Source: an uncultured Gemmatimonadales bacterium
GTDB taxonomy: Bacteria > Gemmatimonadota > Gemmatimonadetes > Gemmatimonadales > GWC2-71-9
DNA: 64,000 bases
Reading direction: 5' to 3'
NCBI GenBank assembly: GCA_963695555.1
Contig: CAVOGR010000002.1
Location: 448,001 to 512,000 of the forward strand
A model generated the notes under the pieces. That model searched no databases. It worked only from the letters and a program-made list of their open reading frames with translations, and had not been told where the DNA came from. The position numbers were made by a program, and so were the translations under genes. Position 1 is the stretch's first letter. Every line of letters starts with the position of its first letter. Shown here piece by piece: positions 9,660 to 19,160 of the stretch.

Positions 9660-10586
9660 GTGATCTACCTCATCGCTCTCCTCGTCCTCTGCGCAACCGC
9701 CTTCGTGGTGATGCTGGTGCTGCAGCTGATGCCGAGCGATTCAGCCGTCATCCGCCGCCTGGGCGACATGCAGCGGGTCGAGGGCTATCAGACGGTGATC
9801 GTCCGGCGTCGTCGGCAAGAGCGGGCGGAGCGGCTCCAGGCCATCCTCGAGGGATTGGGCTCACGGGGTGTTGGCGGGGATGCGGTCACAGGCCTTCGAC
9901 TCAGACTACTCAACGCCGGATTCGTTGATCTCAACGCGCCCTACATCTTCCAAGGCGCCCGCATCGTTCTCGCACTCGGCCTCGGGTTCCTGATGGTCAG
10001 CGTGGCGCCGATTCTCGGGACGCCGTTCGCCGGGGTCGTGCTCGTTGGCGTCTGGGGCTTGCTGATGGGATGGGTGATACCCGGATTCTACATCGGTCGC
10101 CGCGTGGCCAACCGCAAGTTCCAGATCCAACGATCCTTGCCCGACGCCCTCGACCTGTTGGTGGTGTGCGTCGAGGCCGGGTTGGCCCTGAACCAGGCCC
10201 TGCTCCGCGTGTCCGAGGAGATTGCCAACATCAGCCCCGTCCTCGGCGAGCAACTCGCCATGGTGAACCTCGAGATTCGGGCGGGGTCGGCTCGGGAGGA
10301 GGCCCTCCAGAATTTGGCCACGCGCACCGGGGTCGAGGACATCCAATCCTTCGTCACCATGTTGATCCAGACGGACCGATTCGGCACCTCCATCGCCGAC
10401 GCACTCCGGGTCCACTCCGAAGATCTGAGGACCAAGCGACGCCAGCTGGCCGAAGAGGCATCTGCCAAGACGGCGATCAAGATGCTGTTCCCGCTGGTGT
10501 TCTGCATCTTCCCCGCCATGTTCGTGGTCATCCTCGGCGCGGCCATCATTCAGATCGTCCAAGCGCTCTCGGCCTTCGGATCATGA
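9660..10586 (+). CDS. tadC: TadC inner-membrane platform protein
   Basis: LPDALDLLVVCVEAGL, FGTSIADAL, KMLFPLVFCIFP. Confidence 0.93.
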   Translation: MIYLIALLVLCATAFVVMLVLQLMPSDSAVIRRLGDMQRVEGYQTVIVRRRRQERAERLQAILEGLGSRGVGGDAVTGLRLRLLNAGFVDLNAPYIFQGARIVLALGLGFLMVSVAPILGTPFAGVVLVGVWGLLMGWVIPGFYIGRRVANRKFQIQRSLPDALDLLVVCVEAGLALNQALLRVSEEIANISPVLGEQLAMVNLEIRAGSAREEALQNLATRTGVEDIQSFVTMLIQTDRFGTSIADALRVHSEDLRTKRRQLAEEASAKTAIKMLFPLVFCIFPAMFVVILGAAIIQIVQALSAFGS

Positions 10587-10990
10587 CGCACGTCCGGGTC
10601 CGGAATGAGACCAGCGGAGTCGAGCTCGGTTGGCGGATCGGACTGGCCGATTCATGGTGGCCACGTTTGCGTGGCCTGCTTGGTAGACCAGCACCGGAAG
10701 AAGGTGCAGGATTACTTCTCGTGCCGTGCCGGTCGGTCCATATGATCGGTATGAAATTCCCGCTCGATGTTGCGTTCCTGGATGACCGTGGCGAGGTGAT
10801 TGCCGTCTACCACGAACTCCAGCCCGGGAGCCGGACCCGGTGGCACAAAGAGGCCCGCTACGCGCTCGAGTTGGCCGCGGGAACCCTGGTGGCAACACAT
10901 ACGGCGGTGGGACACACGCTCGAGTGGGGGCCGCCAGAGGCGCGGCCGGCTCGCCCACCCTCGAGAATCGAGGAGGAGGTCGCCTCATGA
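10583..10990 (+). CDS. DUF192 family protein
   Basis: ADSWWPRLRGLLGR...SVHMIGMKFPLDVAFLD...ALELAAG; coupled to tadC. Confidence 0.85.
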   Translation: MTHVRVRNETSGVELGWRIGLADSWWPRLRGLLGRPAPEEGAGLLLVPCRSVHMIGMKFPLDVAFLDDRGEVIAVYHELQPGSRTRWHKEARYALELAAGTLVATHTAVGHTLEWGPPEARPARPPSRIEEEVAS

Positions 10991-12348
10991 ACCCGGCCGA
11001 CGCCACTGCCGCCATGGCCCACACCGCACCACCCGCTACACCATCGGCCCCACCGATACCACAGACGCTCGCGGACACCGGGCTCTCGGAGGAATTCCTC
11101 ACGGAGCTCATCCTGAAGACACTCTATGTCCAAGGTGCCCGAACGGGCCAACAGCTGACGGACGCCATCTGCCTCCCCTTCCCACTGGCCGATGACCTCC
11201 TGATGACCATGCAGCAGCGGATGATGGTCGAGGTGCAGGGTACCAAAGGACATGGCCGGGCCGGCTACGTCTTCGATCTGGGTGGTGAGGGCCGCGACCG
11301 GGCGCGGGAGGCCATGGCATCCAATCAGTATGTCGGCCCCGCCCCGGTACCACTCGCGCAGTATCGCCGGTGGGTCGACATCCAGTCGATCAGGCATGCC
11401 CGGGTCAACAAAGAGGTCCTCCACCAGGCCTTCAGCTGGCTCGTGCTCGACCCCGAGATGGTCGATATGGTCGGTCCGGCCGTCAACTCGGCCAAGTCGC
11501 TGTTCCTTTTTGGGGAATCGGGCAATGGCAAGACCGCGATTGCCGAGACCATCGCCCGAATGCTCGGCGGAGAGATCTTCGTCCCGCACGCCGTGGAAAT
11601 TGACGGGCAGGTGATGCTCTTGCTCGACCCGATCTATCACCGTGCGGCCAGCCCGGCCGAGCGCGCGGCGGACCAGCCTGGGATTGAGTTGCTGTGGCGC
11701 AGTGACGCTGCCGAGTTCGACGCCCGATTCGTCAAAGTCCGCCGACCCGTGGTGCTCACCGGTGGTGAGCTGACGTTGGAACAGCTCGACCTGCAGTATG
11801 ACGAACATACCAAGTTTTATCAGGCGCCGTTCCAAACGAAGGCGACCGGCGGGGTCTTGATCGTGGATGATTTCGGCCGGCAACGCGTACCGCCGCGCGA
11901 TCTCCTAAATCGCTGGATTGTCCCGTTGGAGAAGAACGTCGACTTCCTAACGCTTCACACCGGCGGCAAATTCCCTGTTCCATTCGATTGTCTCCTGATC
12001 TTCGCGACCAACCTCGATCCTCAATCGCTGGTCGAAGAGGCCTTCCTCCGGCGAATCCACTACAAGGTCGAGGTCGAGAGCCCAACGCCTCGCCAGTATC
12101 AGCAGATCTTCCGGCGCTGTTGCGAGGCCAAAGGCATTCCGTTCAAACCCGAGGCAATCGAATACCTGTACCATGAGTACTATGGAAAGCTCTCGATTGA
12201 GCCCCGCGGGTGTCACCCGCGTGATCTGGTGGACCACCTGAGCGACATTGCGCGCTACCTCGAGGTCGAAGCCACCCTCTCCACCGAGTTGGTCGATTAC
12301 GCGAGTCGATCGTACTTCCTTGCCGATTTCCCGACCGCCAGCACGTAG
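10987..12348 (+). CDS. Tad-locus-associated AAA+ ATPase of unknown function
   Basis: Walker A GESGNGKT, Walker B LIVDDFGRQ, FATN sensor-1-like motif, EAFLRRI arginine-finger region. Confidence 0.85.
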   Translation: MNPADATAAMAHTAPPATPSAPPIPQTLADTGLSEEFLTELILKTLYVQGARTGQQLTDAICLPFPLADDLLMTMQQRMMVEVQGTKGHGRAGYVFDLGGEGRDRAREAMASNQYVGPAPVPLAQYRRWVDIQSIRHARVNKEVLHQAFSWLVLDPEMVDMVGPAVNSAKSLFLFGESGNGKTAIAETIARMLGGEIFVPHAVEIDGQVMLLLDPIYHRAASPAERAADQPGIELLWRSDAAEFDARFVKVRRPVVLTGGELTLEQLDLQYDEHTKFYQAPFQTKATGGVLIVDDFGRQRVPPRDLLNRWIVPLEKNVDFLTLHTGGKFPVPFDCLLIFATNLDPQSLVEEAFLRRIHYKVEVESPTPRQYQQIFRRCCEAKGIPFKPEAIEYLYHEYYGKLSIEPRGCHPRDLVDHLSDIARYLEVEATLSTELVDYASRSYFLADFPTAST

Positions 12349-12390
12349 CACCGCTCGCGGGCCCGTAGGACGCTGAACCGAGGGGGCGCC

Positions 12391-13032
12391 ATGTCCCATC
12401 CACAAGAGCCAGCATCATCTCCGACTGAGGAATCCGGCGTGCGGGCGATGATGCACCGCGTGGCCGAGATTGAGCGAGATGCAAGCCGAGCCAAACGCCT
12501 CAGCCTCACGAGCTTGGTCACCGTCGGCATCATTCTCGGCTTGGCCGCTGCACTGGTGTACATCAGTGCGAAACGTGGGATGCCGGGAACGGTCAACAGC
12601 GTGGTTGAATCGCGGCAGTATCTGCTGCGTGACGCCGAGGGGCGGGTGCGTGGCATTTGGGGTACAGCCGAAGATGGAACGGTCCGCCTGGTACTTCGAG
12701 ACCAGAACGGGCGCTCGATGCTGAAGATCAACCTGCTCGCGGATGGGTCTTCCGCCGTCACCTTCGCCGATACGACGGAGCGGGCGCGAATCGTGCTCGG
12801 CCTGCTCGAGGACGAGACGTCGACCTTGGTGTTGGCCGACGGCACTGGGAGAGCCCGCGCCGTCCTCGGCCTCAGCGCCGATGGCTCCTCGACGCTGGTG
12901 TTCGCGGATACGCTCGGCGTCAGTCGGTCCGGCCTGGGCATCGACGCCGAGGGTGGCCCTACTGCCACCTTCCCCACCACCTCGGTGATCTTTCCCGAGG
13001 AGGACGCCGACTCGGCCGACGAATCCCCGTAG
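12391..13032 (+). CDS. Membrane-anchored protein with five 23-aa beta repeats
   Basis: Short helical segment, one TM, then LxxDxxGxxRxxLGxxxDGxxxL-type repeats; GAGGGGG RBS. Confidence 0.75.
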   Translation: MSHPQEPASSPTEESGVRAMMHRVAEIERDASRAKRLSLTSLVTVGIILGLAAALVYISAKRGMPGTVNSVVESRQYLLRDAEGRVRGIWGTAEDGTVRLVLRDQNGRSMLKINLLADGSSAVTFADTTERARIVLGLLEDETSTLVLADGTGRARAVLGLSADGSSTLVFADTLGVSRSGLGIDAEGGPTATFPTTSVIFPEEDADSADESP

Positions 13033-13058
13033 CCTGAGACGCCACCGCCTTCCTTCAG

Positions 13059-13092
13059 AGCCCCCCGCCTGAGTAGCTAGCCACGGGGGGCT
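13059..13092 (+). terminator. Inverted repeat after the tad-associated genes
   Basis: AGCCCCCCG...CGGGGGGCT stem with only a weak U tail. Confidence 0.45.
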
Positions 13093-13112
13093 TGTCGTAG
13101 ATTCACTGCTTC

Positions 13113-14990
13113 ATGAATGCGCGCTACGATGTGATCGTGATCGGCGGTGGGCACGCCGGGAGCGAGGCAGCCACGCTGGCGGCCCGCGCGGGTGCCCACA
13201 CGCTGCTCCTGACCCAGAATCTCGAGACCATCGGACAGATGTCGTGCAATCCGGCTATCGGCGGGATTGCCAAAGGCACCGTCGCGCGCGAGGTAGATGC
13301 GTTTGGCGGGATTATGGGCCGGGCCACCGATCTCGCCCGGATCCAGTTCCGGATGCTGAATCGCTCGAAGGGCCCGGCGGTATGGTCTCCGCGGGCCCAG
13401 TGCGACCGGGGACTCTACCGCCGGGCGGTGCGCAGCCTGCTCGAGCGCCAGACTGGACTGGACGTGGTGCAAGGCACCGTATCGGAACTGCAAGTCACCG
13501 GCGGACGCGTCAGCGGGGTGACCACGGCGGATGGTCGTCGGTTCGAGACCAAGGCGATTGTTGTGACCGCCGGCACCTTCCTCCGTGGCCGGATTCACAT
13601 GGGCCTCGGCGCGCAGATTCCCGCCGGGCGGGCCGGCGAAAGCCCCACGATCGAGCTTGCACAAGTACTTGAAAACAATGGACTTACAGTAGAACGCTTC
13701 AAGACGGGCACGCCGCCACGAATTGATGGACGGAGCGTGGACCTGGCGCGCATTGAGCGCCAGGACGGGGAGCCTGGGCCCTATTGGTTTTCCTTCTTCG
13801 AGCGTGGTGTGCATCCGCGTCAGCTGCCCTGCTACATCACGTGGGCCGGCGGCGAGGTCAAGGAGATCATCAGCGAACACATCGGCGAGTCAGCGCTCTA
13901 TGGCGGAGCGATTAGCGGCCGCGGCCCGCGGTATTGCCCGTCGATCGAGGACAAGGTGGTCAAGTTTCCCACCGCCGAACGTCACCAGGTCTTCCTCGAG
14001 CCGGAGGGCCTGGACACGTCCGAGATGTACGTCAACGGACTCTCGACGTCGCTGCCACCGGCAGTCCAGCTGGCCTTCCTCCGAGCGGTGCCTGGGCTCG
14101 AAGGCGTAAAGATGACCAGGCCGGGCTATGCCATCGAGTACGACTATTTCCCGCCCACCCAACTATCCCAGACGCTCGAAGTGAAACAGCTGCCGGGGCT
14201 GTTCCTGGCCGGTCAGGTGAACGGGACCACGGGATACGAGGAGGCCGCTGGCCAGGGCGTCATTGCGGGCCTCAACGCTGCCCACTCGGCGCTGGGCCGG
14301 GAAGAGGTGGTCCTTCGGCGTAACCAGGCCATGATCGGGGTCTTGGTGGACGACCTCGTTCAGCGGGGAGTAGACGAACCATACCGGCTATTCACCAGCC
14401 GGGCCGAGTATCGCCTGCTACTGCGACAGGACAATGCGCTGCGCCGCCTTGGGGTCTTGGCCACAGAACTCGGCCTGCTCTCGGATGCTGAGCGACGCAC
14501 CATGGAGGCGCGACTCGAGTTGGAAGAGCAGGTCGAGGAATCGGCGCGCACGGCCACGCTCGAACCTGAACTGGCCAACCCGATACTCGCCCGAGCGGAA
14601 TCGGCCTTGGTCAGCGAGTCTGTCCGGCTGGCCGACCTGGCCAAGCGACCCGGTATTTCACTCCACGACTTGATGGAGGCTGCGGGGTTCGATTTCTCTC
14701 AGGAAGAGGTGGAGTGGGCCGCCATCGAGCTGCGCTATGCCGGCTACATTGCGCGGGAACAGGCAGCAGCTGAGCGGCTCGCCCAAATGGACCACTTCGA
14801 GTTGCCAGACGGGATCGCGTACCGCCCGCTGGCAAGCCTCTCCTTCGAGGCTCGGGAGAAGCTCGAAGTGGTACGCCCGAGGACGCTGGGCCAGGCAAGC
14901 CGTATCCCGGGCGTTTCGCCGAGCGATCTCCAGGGCCTGGTCGTGGAAGTCCTTCGCTGGCGGAAGCGGACCGCGCCGGCCACAGACTGA
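13113..14990 (+). CDS. mnmG: tRNA uridine-5-carboxymethylaminomethyl modification enzyme MnmG/GidA
   Basis: GGGHAGSEAA, MSCNPAIGG, KTGTPPR, GPRYCPSIEDK, GQVNGTTGYEEAAGQG. Confidence 0.98.
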   Translation: MNARYDVIVIGGGHAGSEAATLAARAGAHTLLLTQNLETIGQMSCNPAIGGIAKGTVAREVDAFGGIMGRATDLARIQFRMLNRSKGPAVWSPRAQCDRGLYRRAVRSLLERQTGLDVVQGTVSELQVTGGRVSGVTTADGRRFETKAIVVTAGTFLRGRIHMGLGAQIPAGRAGESPTIELAQVLENNGLTVERFKTGTPPRIDGRSVDLARIERQDGEPGPYWFSFFERGVHPRQLPCYITWAGGEVKEIISEHIGESALYGGAISGRGPRYCPSIEDKVVKFPTAERHQVFLEPEGLDTSEMYVNGLSTSLPPAVQLAFLRAVPGLEGVKMTRPGYAIEYDYFPPTQLSQTLEVKQLPGLFLAGQVNGTTGYEEAAGQGVIAGLNAAHSALGREEVVLRRNQAMIGVLVDDLVQRGVDEPYRLFTSRAEYRLLLRQDNALRRLGVLATELGLLSDAERRTMEARLELEEQVEESARTATLEPELANPILARAESALVSESVRLADLAKRPGISLHDLMEAAGFDFSQEEVEWAAIELRYAGYIAREQAAAERLAQMDHFELPDGIAYRPLASLSFEAREKLEVVRPRTLGQASRIPGVSPSDLQGLVVEVLRWRKRTAPATD

Positions 14991-15005
14991 CGCCTCCTGG
15001 TGGAG

Positions 15006-15021
15006 TGTTTCACGTGAAACA
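15006..15021. promoter_or_regulatory. parS: parS centromere site
   Basis: Perfect palindrome TGTTTCACGTGAAACA matching the canonical parS consensus, about 190 bp upstream of parA. Confidence 0.95.
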
Positions 15022-15212
15022 CCGCACCTATTCCTTCCCACGCTGGGCCTCACAGTGGGCCTCGGCACGCGAACCTCTTCGCCTGGCACGGCATTGCCTC
15101 TCGCTCACCTGAGCATATATTCCTGATCTCTTCAGACCACGCCGAACGCAGTCGATTGCAACGAAAATAATTTATCTATTAACTGTATATTTAACAACAA
15201 GTTAGGCAACTT

Positions 15213-16025
15213 ATGAGTCGCATCGTCGCGATCGCCAATCAGAAGGGTGGTGTGGGAAAGACCACGACTGCGGTCAACCTCGCTGCCTCGCTGGCCGCGG
15301 CGGAGCATCCCACGCTCCTGATCGATGCGGATCCGCAAGCCAATGCCACCAGTGGAGTTGGAATCCCGCGCGAGCGAATTGGCAGCTCACTCTACGATGT
15401 GCTGATCGATGGCCGCCCGCTGGCCGACGCGATTCTCAGCCACCCGACGCTGCCGGCCCTCGACGTGGTGCCCGCGACCCAGGACCTAGTGGGTGCGGAA
15501 GTCGAGCTGGTCGACCGGCCCGACCGAGAGACGACGCTCCGGCGCGCCCTGTCCGGTGCGACGAACGGGTATGAATTCGTTCTGCTCGATTGTCCGCCGT
15601 CGCTCGGGCTCCTGACGCTCAACGTATTGGCTGCGGCGGACTCGGTGCTCATTCCGATTCAATGCGAGTACTACGCCCTCGAAGGCATGTCTCAGCTGCT
15701 CAACACGATTCGCGTGGTCCAACAGAACTTCAATTTGTTGTTGGCCATCGATGGCGTGGTGCTCACGATGTACGACTCGCGGCTGAACTTGTCGCGACAG
15801 GTGGCGCAGGACGCCAACGAGTACTTCGGACCGAAAGTCTTCCGGACGGTGATTCCCCGGAATGTCCGACTGGCGGAGGCGCCGAGTTTCGGGAAGCCCA
15901 TTCTGTTGTATGACGTGCAGTCCGTCGGCGCGAAGCGCTACATCGCGCTGGCGCAAGAACTGGTGCGGCGACGCCCCTCGCTGCCGTTGGAGACCCCGAC
16001 ATCGATATCGGAGATTACTCGATGA
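15213..16025 (+). CDS. parA: Chromosome partitioning ATPase ParA/Soj
   Basis: NQKGGVGKTT, DPQANAT, DCPPSLG, IPRNVRLAEAPSFG. Confidence 0.97.
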   Translation: MSRIVAIANQKGGVGKTTTAVNLAASLAAAEHPTLLIDADPQANATSGVGIPRERIGSSLYDVLIDGRPLADAILSHPTLPALDVVPATQDLVGAEVELVDRPDRETTLRRALSGATNGYEFVLLDCPPSLGLLTLNVLAAADSVLIPIQCEYYALEGMSQLLNTIRVVQQNFNLLLAIDGVVLTMYDSRLNLSRQVAQDANEYFGPKVFRTVIPRNVRLAEAPSFGKPILLYDVQSVGAKRYIALAQELVRRRPSLPLETPTSISEITR

Positions 16026-16903
16026 CTGAAACGCGCCGTCTGGGACGCGGACTCGAGGCGTTGCTCGGCCCGATCACGCGAGAGGAAGCCGAGCGCGAAG
16101 GCAGTCTCCGCGAGCTGCCGACGATCGCCATTCGCCCCAACCCGTATCAGCCCCGCGAAGCAATTGATGACCAGGCGCTGCAAGAGCTGACTGATTCGAT
16201 TCAGGCGTCGGGTCTCCTCCAGCCGGTGCTGGTGCGACCAGCGGGCGACGGTTATCAACTCATTGCCGGCGAACGGCGCTGGCGTGCCATCCAACGCCTG
16301 GGTTGGAAGAGCATGCCGGCCGTCGTGCGTGAGGTCGATGACCGCACCTTGCTGACCCTGGCATTGATCGAGAACCTGCAGCGCGACAACCTCTCGCCCA
16401 TCGAAGAGGCGCGGGGCTATCAACGACTGGCGGACGAGTTTGACCAGTCCCTGGCCGAGGTTGCCCGGCTGGTCGGCCGCGACCGCTCGACCGTGGCGAA
16501 TACCGTTCGCTTGCTGAACTTGCCGGAAGCAGTGCAGGACATGGTCGGCAGAGGCGAGCTCTCCGCCGGACATGTCCGGCCGCTGCTCGCGCTCACGAGC
16601 GCCCCCGCCATGCTGCGGCTCGCCCGTGAGGCCGTGACCCATGGGTGGTCGGTGCGAGACGTCGAGAACCACGTCCGTACCGGCGGCGCCCGAGCCGGCA
16701 CCCGCGGCAAGAAGCCGGTCAAGCCCCAGGCCGCCACGACCGAGGCGCGGCGCATCGAAGAGGCCCTCCGGGAACGGCTCCAAACCGACGTGCGACTCAC
16801 AGCGCGGCGGCGCGGGCGAGGGCTCTTGACCATCAGCTACTATTCCAATGACGACCTGGCCCGGATTCTCGAAGTCGTGCTCGGGAGGCCATTCGACGGA
16901 TGA
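16022..16903 (+). CDS. parB: Chromosome partitioning protein ParB/Spo0J
   Basis: LGRGLEAL, PNPYQPR, GERRWRA, ENLQR and an HTH. Confidence 0.97.
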   Translation: MTETRRLGRGLEALLGPITREEAEREGSLRELPTIAIRPNPYQPREAIDDQALQELTDSIQASGLLQPVLVRPAGDGYQLIAGERRWRAIQRLGWKSMPAVVREVDDRTLLTLALIENLQRDNLSPIEEARGYQRLADEFDQSLAEVARLVGRDRSTVANTVRLLNLPEAVQDMVGRGELSAGHVRPLLALTSAPAMLRLAREAVTHGWSVRDVENHVRTGGARAGTRGKKPVKPQAATTEARRIEEALRERLQTDVRLTARRRGRGLLTISYYSNDDLARILEVVLGRPFDG

Positions 16904-17700
16904 CGCGTTCCGATCGTGGAGTCACGATCGTCGTGCACCGTGACGGGGAGCTAACGTCACGCAGTCTGCGATTCTCCCAGCGAGCCCTGGTAGCGGGGGC
17001 GGTGGCGGCAACCCTGTTGCTGTTAGGGCTTGCCGCGATTCTCTTCTTCTACGGCCCCATCGTGCGAGCCGCCGCCAGCGTTCCCGGTCTCAAACGTGAT
17101 ATCGCACGATTGGAAGCGGACAACGCCCAAGTGCACACGCTGGCCCGGGCACTCGAAGATGCGGAAGCCCGCTACTACCAGCTTCGGGAAATGATGGGGG
17201 CGGACATCATCCGCGAACCGGTGGGATTCGCCCCGACGGTACCCGTTGCGCTGCCCATCGAGGCGCGGCCCCCTGGTGCTGCGCCCCGGTTCGAGTCGGG
17301 GGCCTCGATTCCGAAACACTGGCCACTCGACGAAGAGGGCTACGTCACTCGCGGCCAAATCGGAGCGGACACGCGCGACGAAGCACACCCCGGCATCGAT
17401 GTGGCCGTGTCCATCGGAAGCCCGGTACGCGCGGTCGGCGGAGGCCGGGTGCTCGATGCCGGGTCGGACCCCGAAGTGTACGGGCTCTTCGTGTTGCTCG
17501 AGCATCCCGAGGGCTACCAGTCGATGTACGGTCACCTCTCACGAGTGACCGTGGCGGTGGGAGACTCCGTTTCGGCCGGTCAAGTGATCGGCCTCTCAGG
17601 AAACAGCGGCCGCTCCAGTGCACCCCACCTGCACCTCGAAATCCGCCGCGAAGGCCGCTCGCTCGACCCGCTGACTCTGGTTCAGGAGGAAACTCGCTGA
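16900..17700 (+). CDS. M23 family peptidoglycan endopeptidase with TM and coiled coil
   Basis: HPGID, YGHL and HLH zinc motifs. Confidence 0.92.
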   Translation: MTRSDRGVTIVVHRDGELTSRSLRFSQRALVAGAVAATLLLLGLAAILFFYGPIVRAAASVPGLKRDIARLEADNAQVHTLARALEDAEARYYQLREMMGADIIREPVGFAPTVPVALPIEARPPGAAPRFESGASIPKHWPLDEEGYVTRGQIGADTRDEAHPGIDVAVSIGSPVRAVGGGRVLDAGSDPEVYGLFVLLEHPEGYQSMYGHLSRVTVAVGDSVSAGQVIGLSGNSGRSSAPHLHLEIRREGRSLDPLTLVQEETR

Positions 17701-18128
17701 TGGCCATGTTCAAAGAGCCGGCTCGCGAAGGCGCAGAGCCTCCGCGACGCAGCACCCAGCCAGCTTCGTTATCGATTATTGCGAGCGACCTGACCGTCAT
17801 CGGCGATCTCGAAACGTCCGGCGTGGTCAAAGTCGAGGGACGGGTCCAGGGATCCGTTCGGGCAGGCACCCAAGTGTTGGTCTCGACCGAGGCGCTGATC
17901 GAAGGAGACATTCAGACCAAAGAGGCCATCATCGGCGGCGAGGTGAGTGGCGCGATCCGAGCCGAAGACCGGGTCGAGATCCAGGCCACGGCGCTCATCA
18001 ACGGCGACATCACCTCGCGCCGGATCGTTATGCTCGAGGGCGGTCGCGTGAACGGAGAAATCAAGATGGACGCCGCCGCGGTGGAGAAGGCCGACGTAAT
18101 CGACGGTGGCGCCACACCTTCGGAATGA
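17700..18128 (+). CDS. Bactofilin (polymer-forming cytoskeletal protein)
   Basis: Beta-helix repeats (SII...VIGDL...VEGRVQG...IEGDI...INGDI...VNGEI) and an N-terminal MAMFK membrane-targeting-like motif. Confidence 0.92.
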   Translation: MAMFKEPAREGAEPPRRSTQPASLSIIASDLTVIGDLETSGVVKVEGRVQGSVRAGTQVLVSTEALIEGDIQTKEAIIGGEVSGAIRAEDRVEIQATALINGDITSRRIVMLEGGRVNGEIKMDAAAVEKADVIDGGATPSE

Positions 18129-18152
18129 TCGCCCCATTTTGCCGGAGTCCGA

Positions 18153-19160
18153 GTGTCTAGTTACTGGCGCTATACTGTCTTGATGCTGGCGATAGTTGCG
18201 GTCGGTTGCCGCAGCAATGACAGCTCCTCGGCCCCCCGGGTCGGACTCATCACCCCGGGGTCTATTGCCGATGCGGCGTGGAACTCGGGTGCCTTCCAGG
18301 GACTCACGCAGATCCACGACAGCCTGGGCGTCGACGTAAGCCACGTCGAAGCCAAGACCCCGGGTGCCCAGGAGGAAGCGCTACGGACCTATGCGGCGCA
18401 GGGCTATGACCTGGTGTTCGGCCATGGCTTCGAGTTCCAGGACATGGCCGAGCGAGTCGCCATGGAGTACCCCGTGACTGTCTTCATCATCACGTCGGGG
18501 ATCCGCACCGTGGGGCAGGTGGCGCCCATGATCTTTCGGCTCGAGGAAGCGAGTTACCTGGCCGGCATGGTCGCGGGGGGGATGACCCAAACCGGTATCA
18601 TCGGATTCGTCGGGGGCATCGAACTTCCACCGATCCGCTCTGCCTACGATGGCTGGGTGAATGGCGCCCGCGCGGTGAACCCGGCGGTCGAGCCCCGGCT
18701 CATCTACATCAACACCTTCGAAGACGCTGCCGCGGGACGCGAGGCCGCCCTCGCTCTCATTCGGCTCGGTGCCGACATGATCCACCACAACGCGGATGCC
18801 GCAGCCCTCGGCGTGTTCCAAGCCGTGAAGGAGAGTCCGGCCGTTTACGTCTTCGGTGCGAACGCCGATCAGTCCGACCTCGCTCCCGACCGCGTGCTCG
18901 GCTCGGCGGTCATCGACCTGCCCAGAGCGTTCTTGGCCGTCGCCCGTGAAGTTGTCGACGGGACGTTCACACCGCGGGTCGAGAGCTTTGGTTTGGCCAG
19001 CGGCGTCATCAGGTATGCAGTGAATCCAAGAACAACAGCGCTGATTCCCACGGCGCTGAGTGCCCGCATCGCCGCAGCCGCAGATTCGATCTCGCGAGGC
19101 CTGCTGAATCCGACTCCTGTTCCTGCCCCCGATCCGGTACCTGCGTCGGCCACCCCGTGA
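18153..19160 (+). CDS. BMP family (nucleoside) ABC substrate-binding lipoprotein
   Basis: Lipobox AVGC; DAAWN, GYDLVFGHGFEF, YLAGMVA. The start may be a few codons later. Confidence 0.9.
   Translation: MSSYWRYTVLMLAIVAVGCRSNDSSSAPRVGLITPGSIADAAWNSGAFQGLTQIHDSLGVDVSHVEAKTPGAQEEALRTYAAQGYDLVFGHGFEFQDMAERVAMEYPVTVFIITSGIRTVGQVAPMIFRLEEASYLAGMVAGGMTQTGIIGFVGGIELPPIRSAYDGWVNGARAVNPAVEPRLIYINTFEDAAAGREAALALIRLGADMIHHNADAAALGVFQAVKESPAVYVFGANADQSDLAPDRVLGSAVIDLPRAFLAVAREVVDGTFTPRVESFGLASGVIRYAVNPRTTALIPTALSARIAAAADSISRGLLNPTPVPAPDPVPASATP

Noticed and set aside
10070..10582. Apparent long N-terminus on the DUF192 ORF
   Set aside because: It overlaps tadC in another frame; the coupled ATG at 10583 is the better start.
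15084..15097. TGGCACGGCATTGC, a sigma54-like site upstream of parA
   Set aside because: Spacing is GG-N9-GC, one base short of the strict requirement.
15140..15212. AT-rich tract as a possible oriC/DUE
   Set aside because: No TTATCCACA-type DnaA boxes were seen and dnaA is not in the window; a promoter region is more likely.
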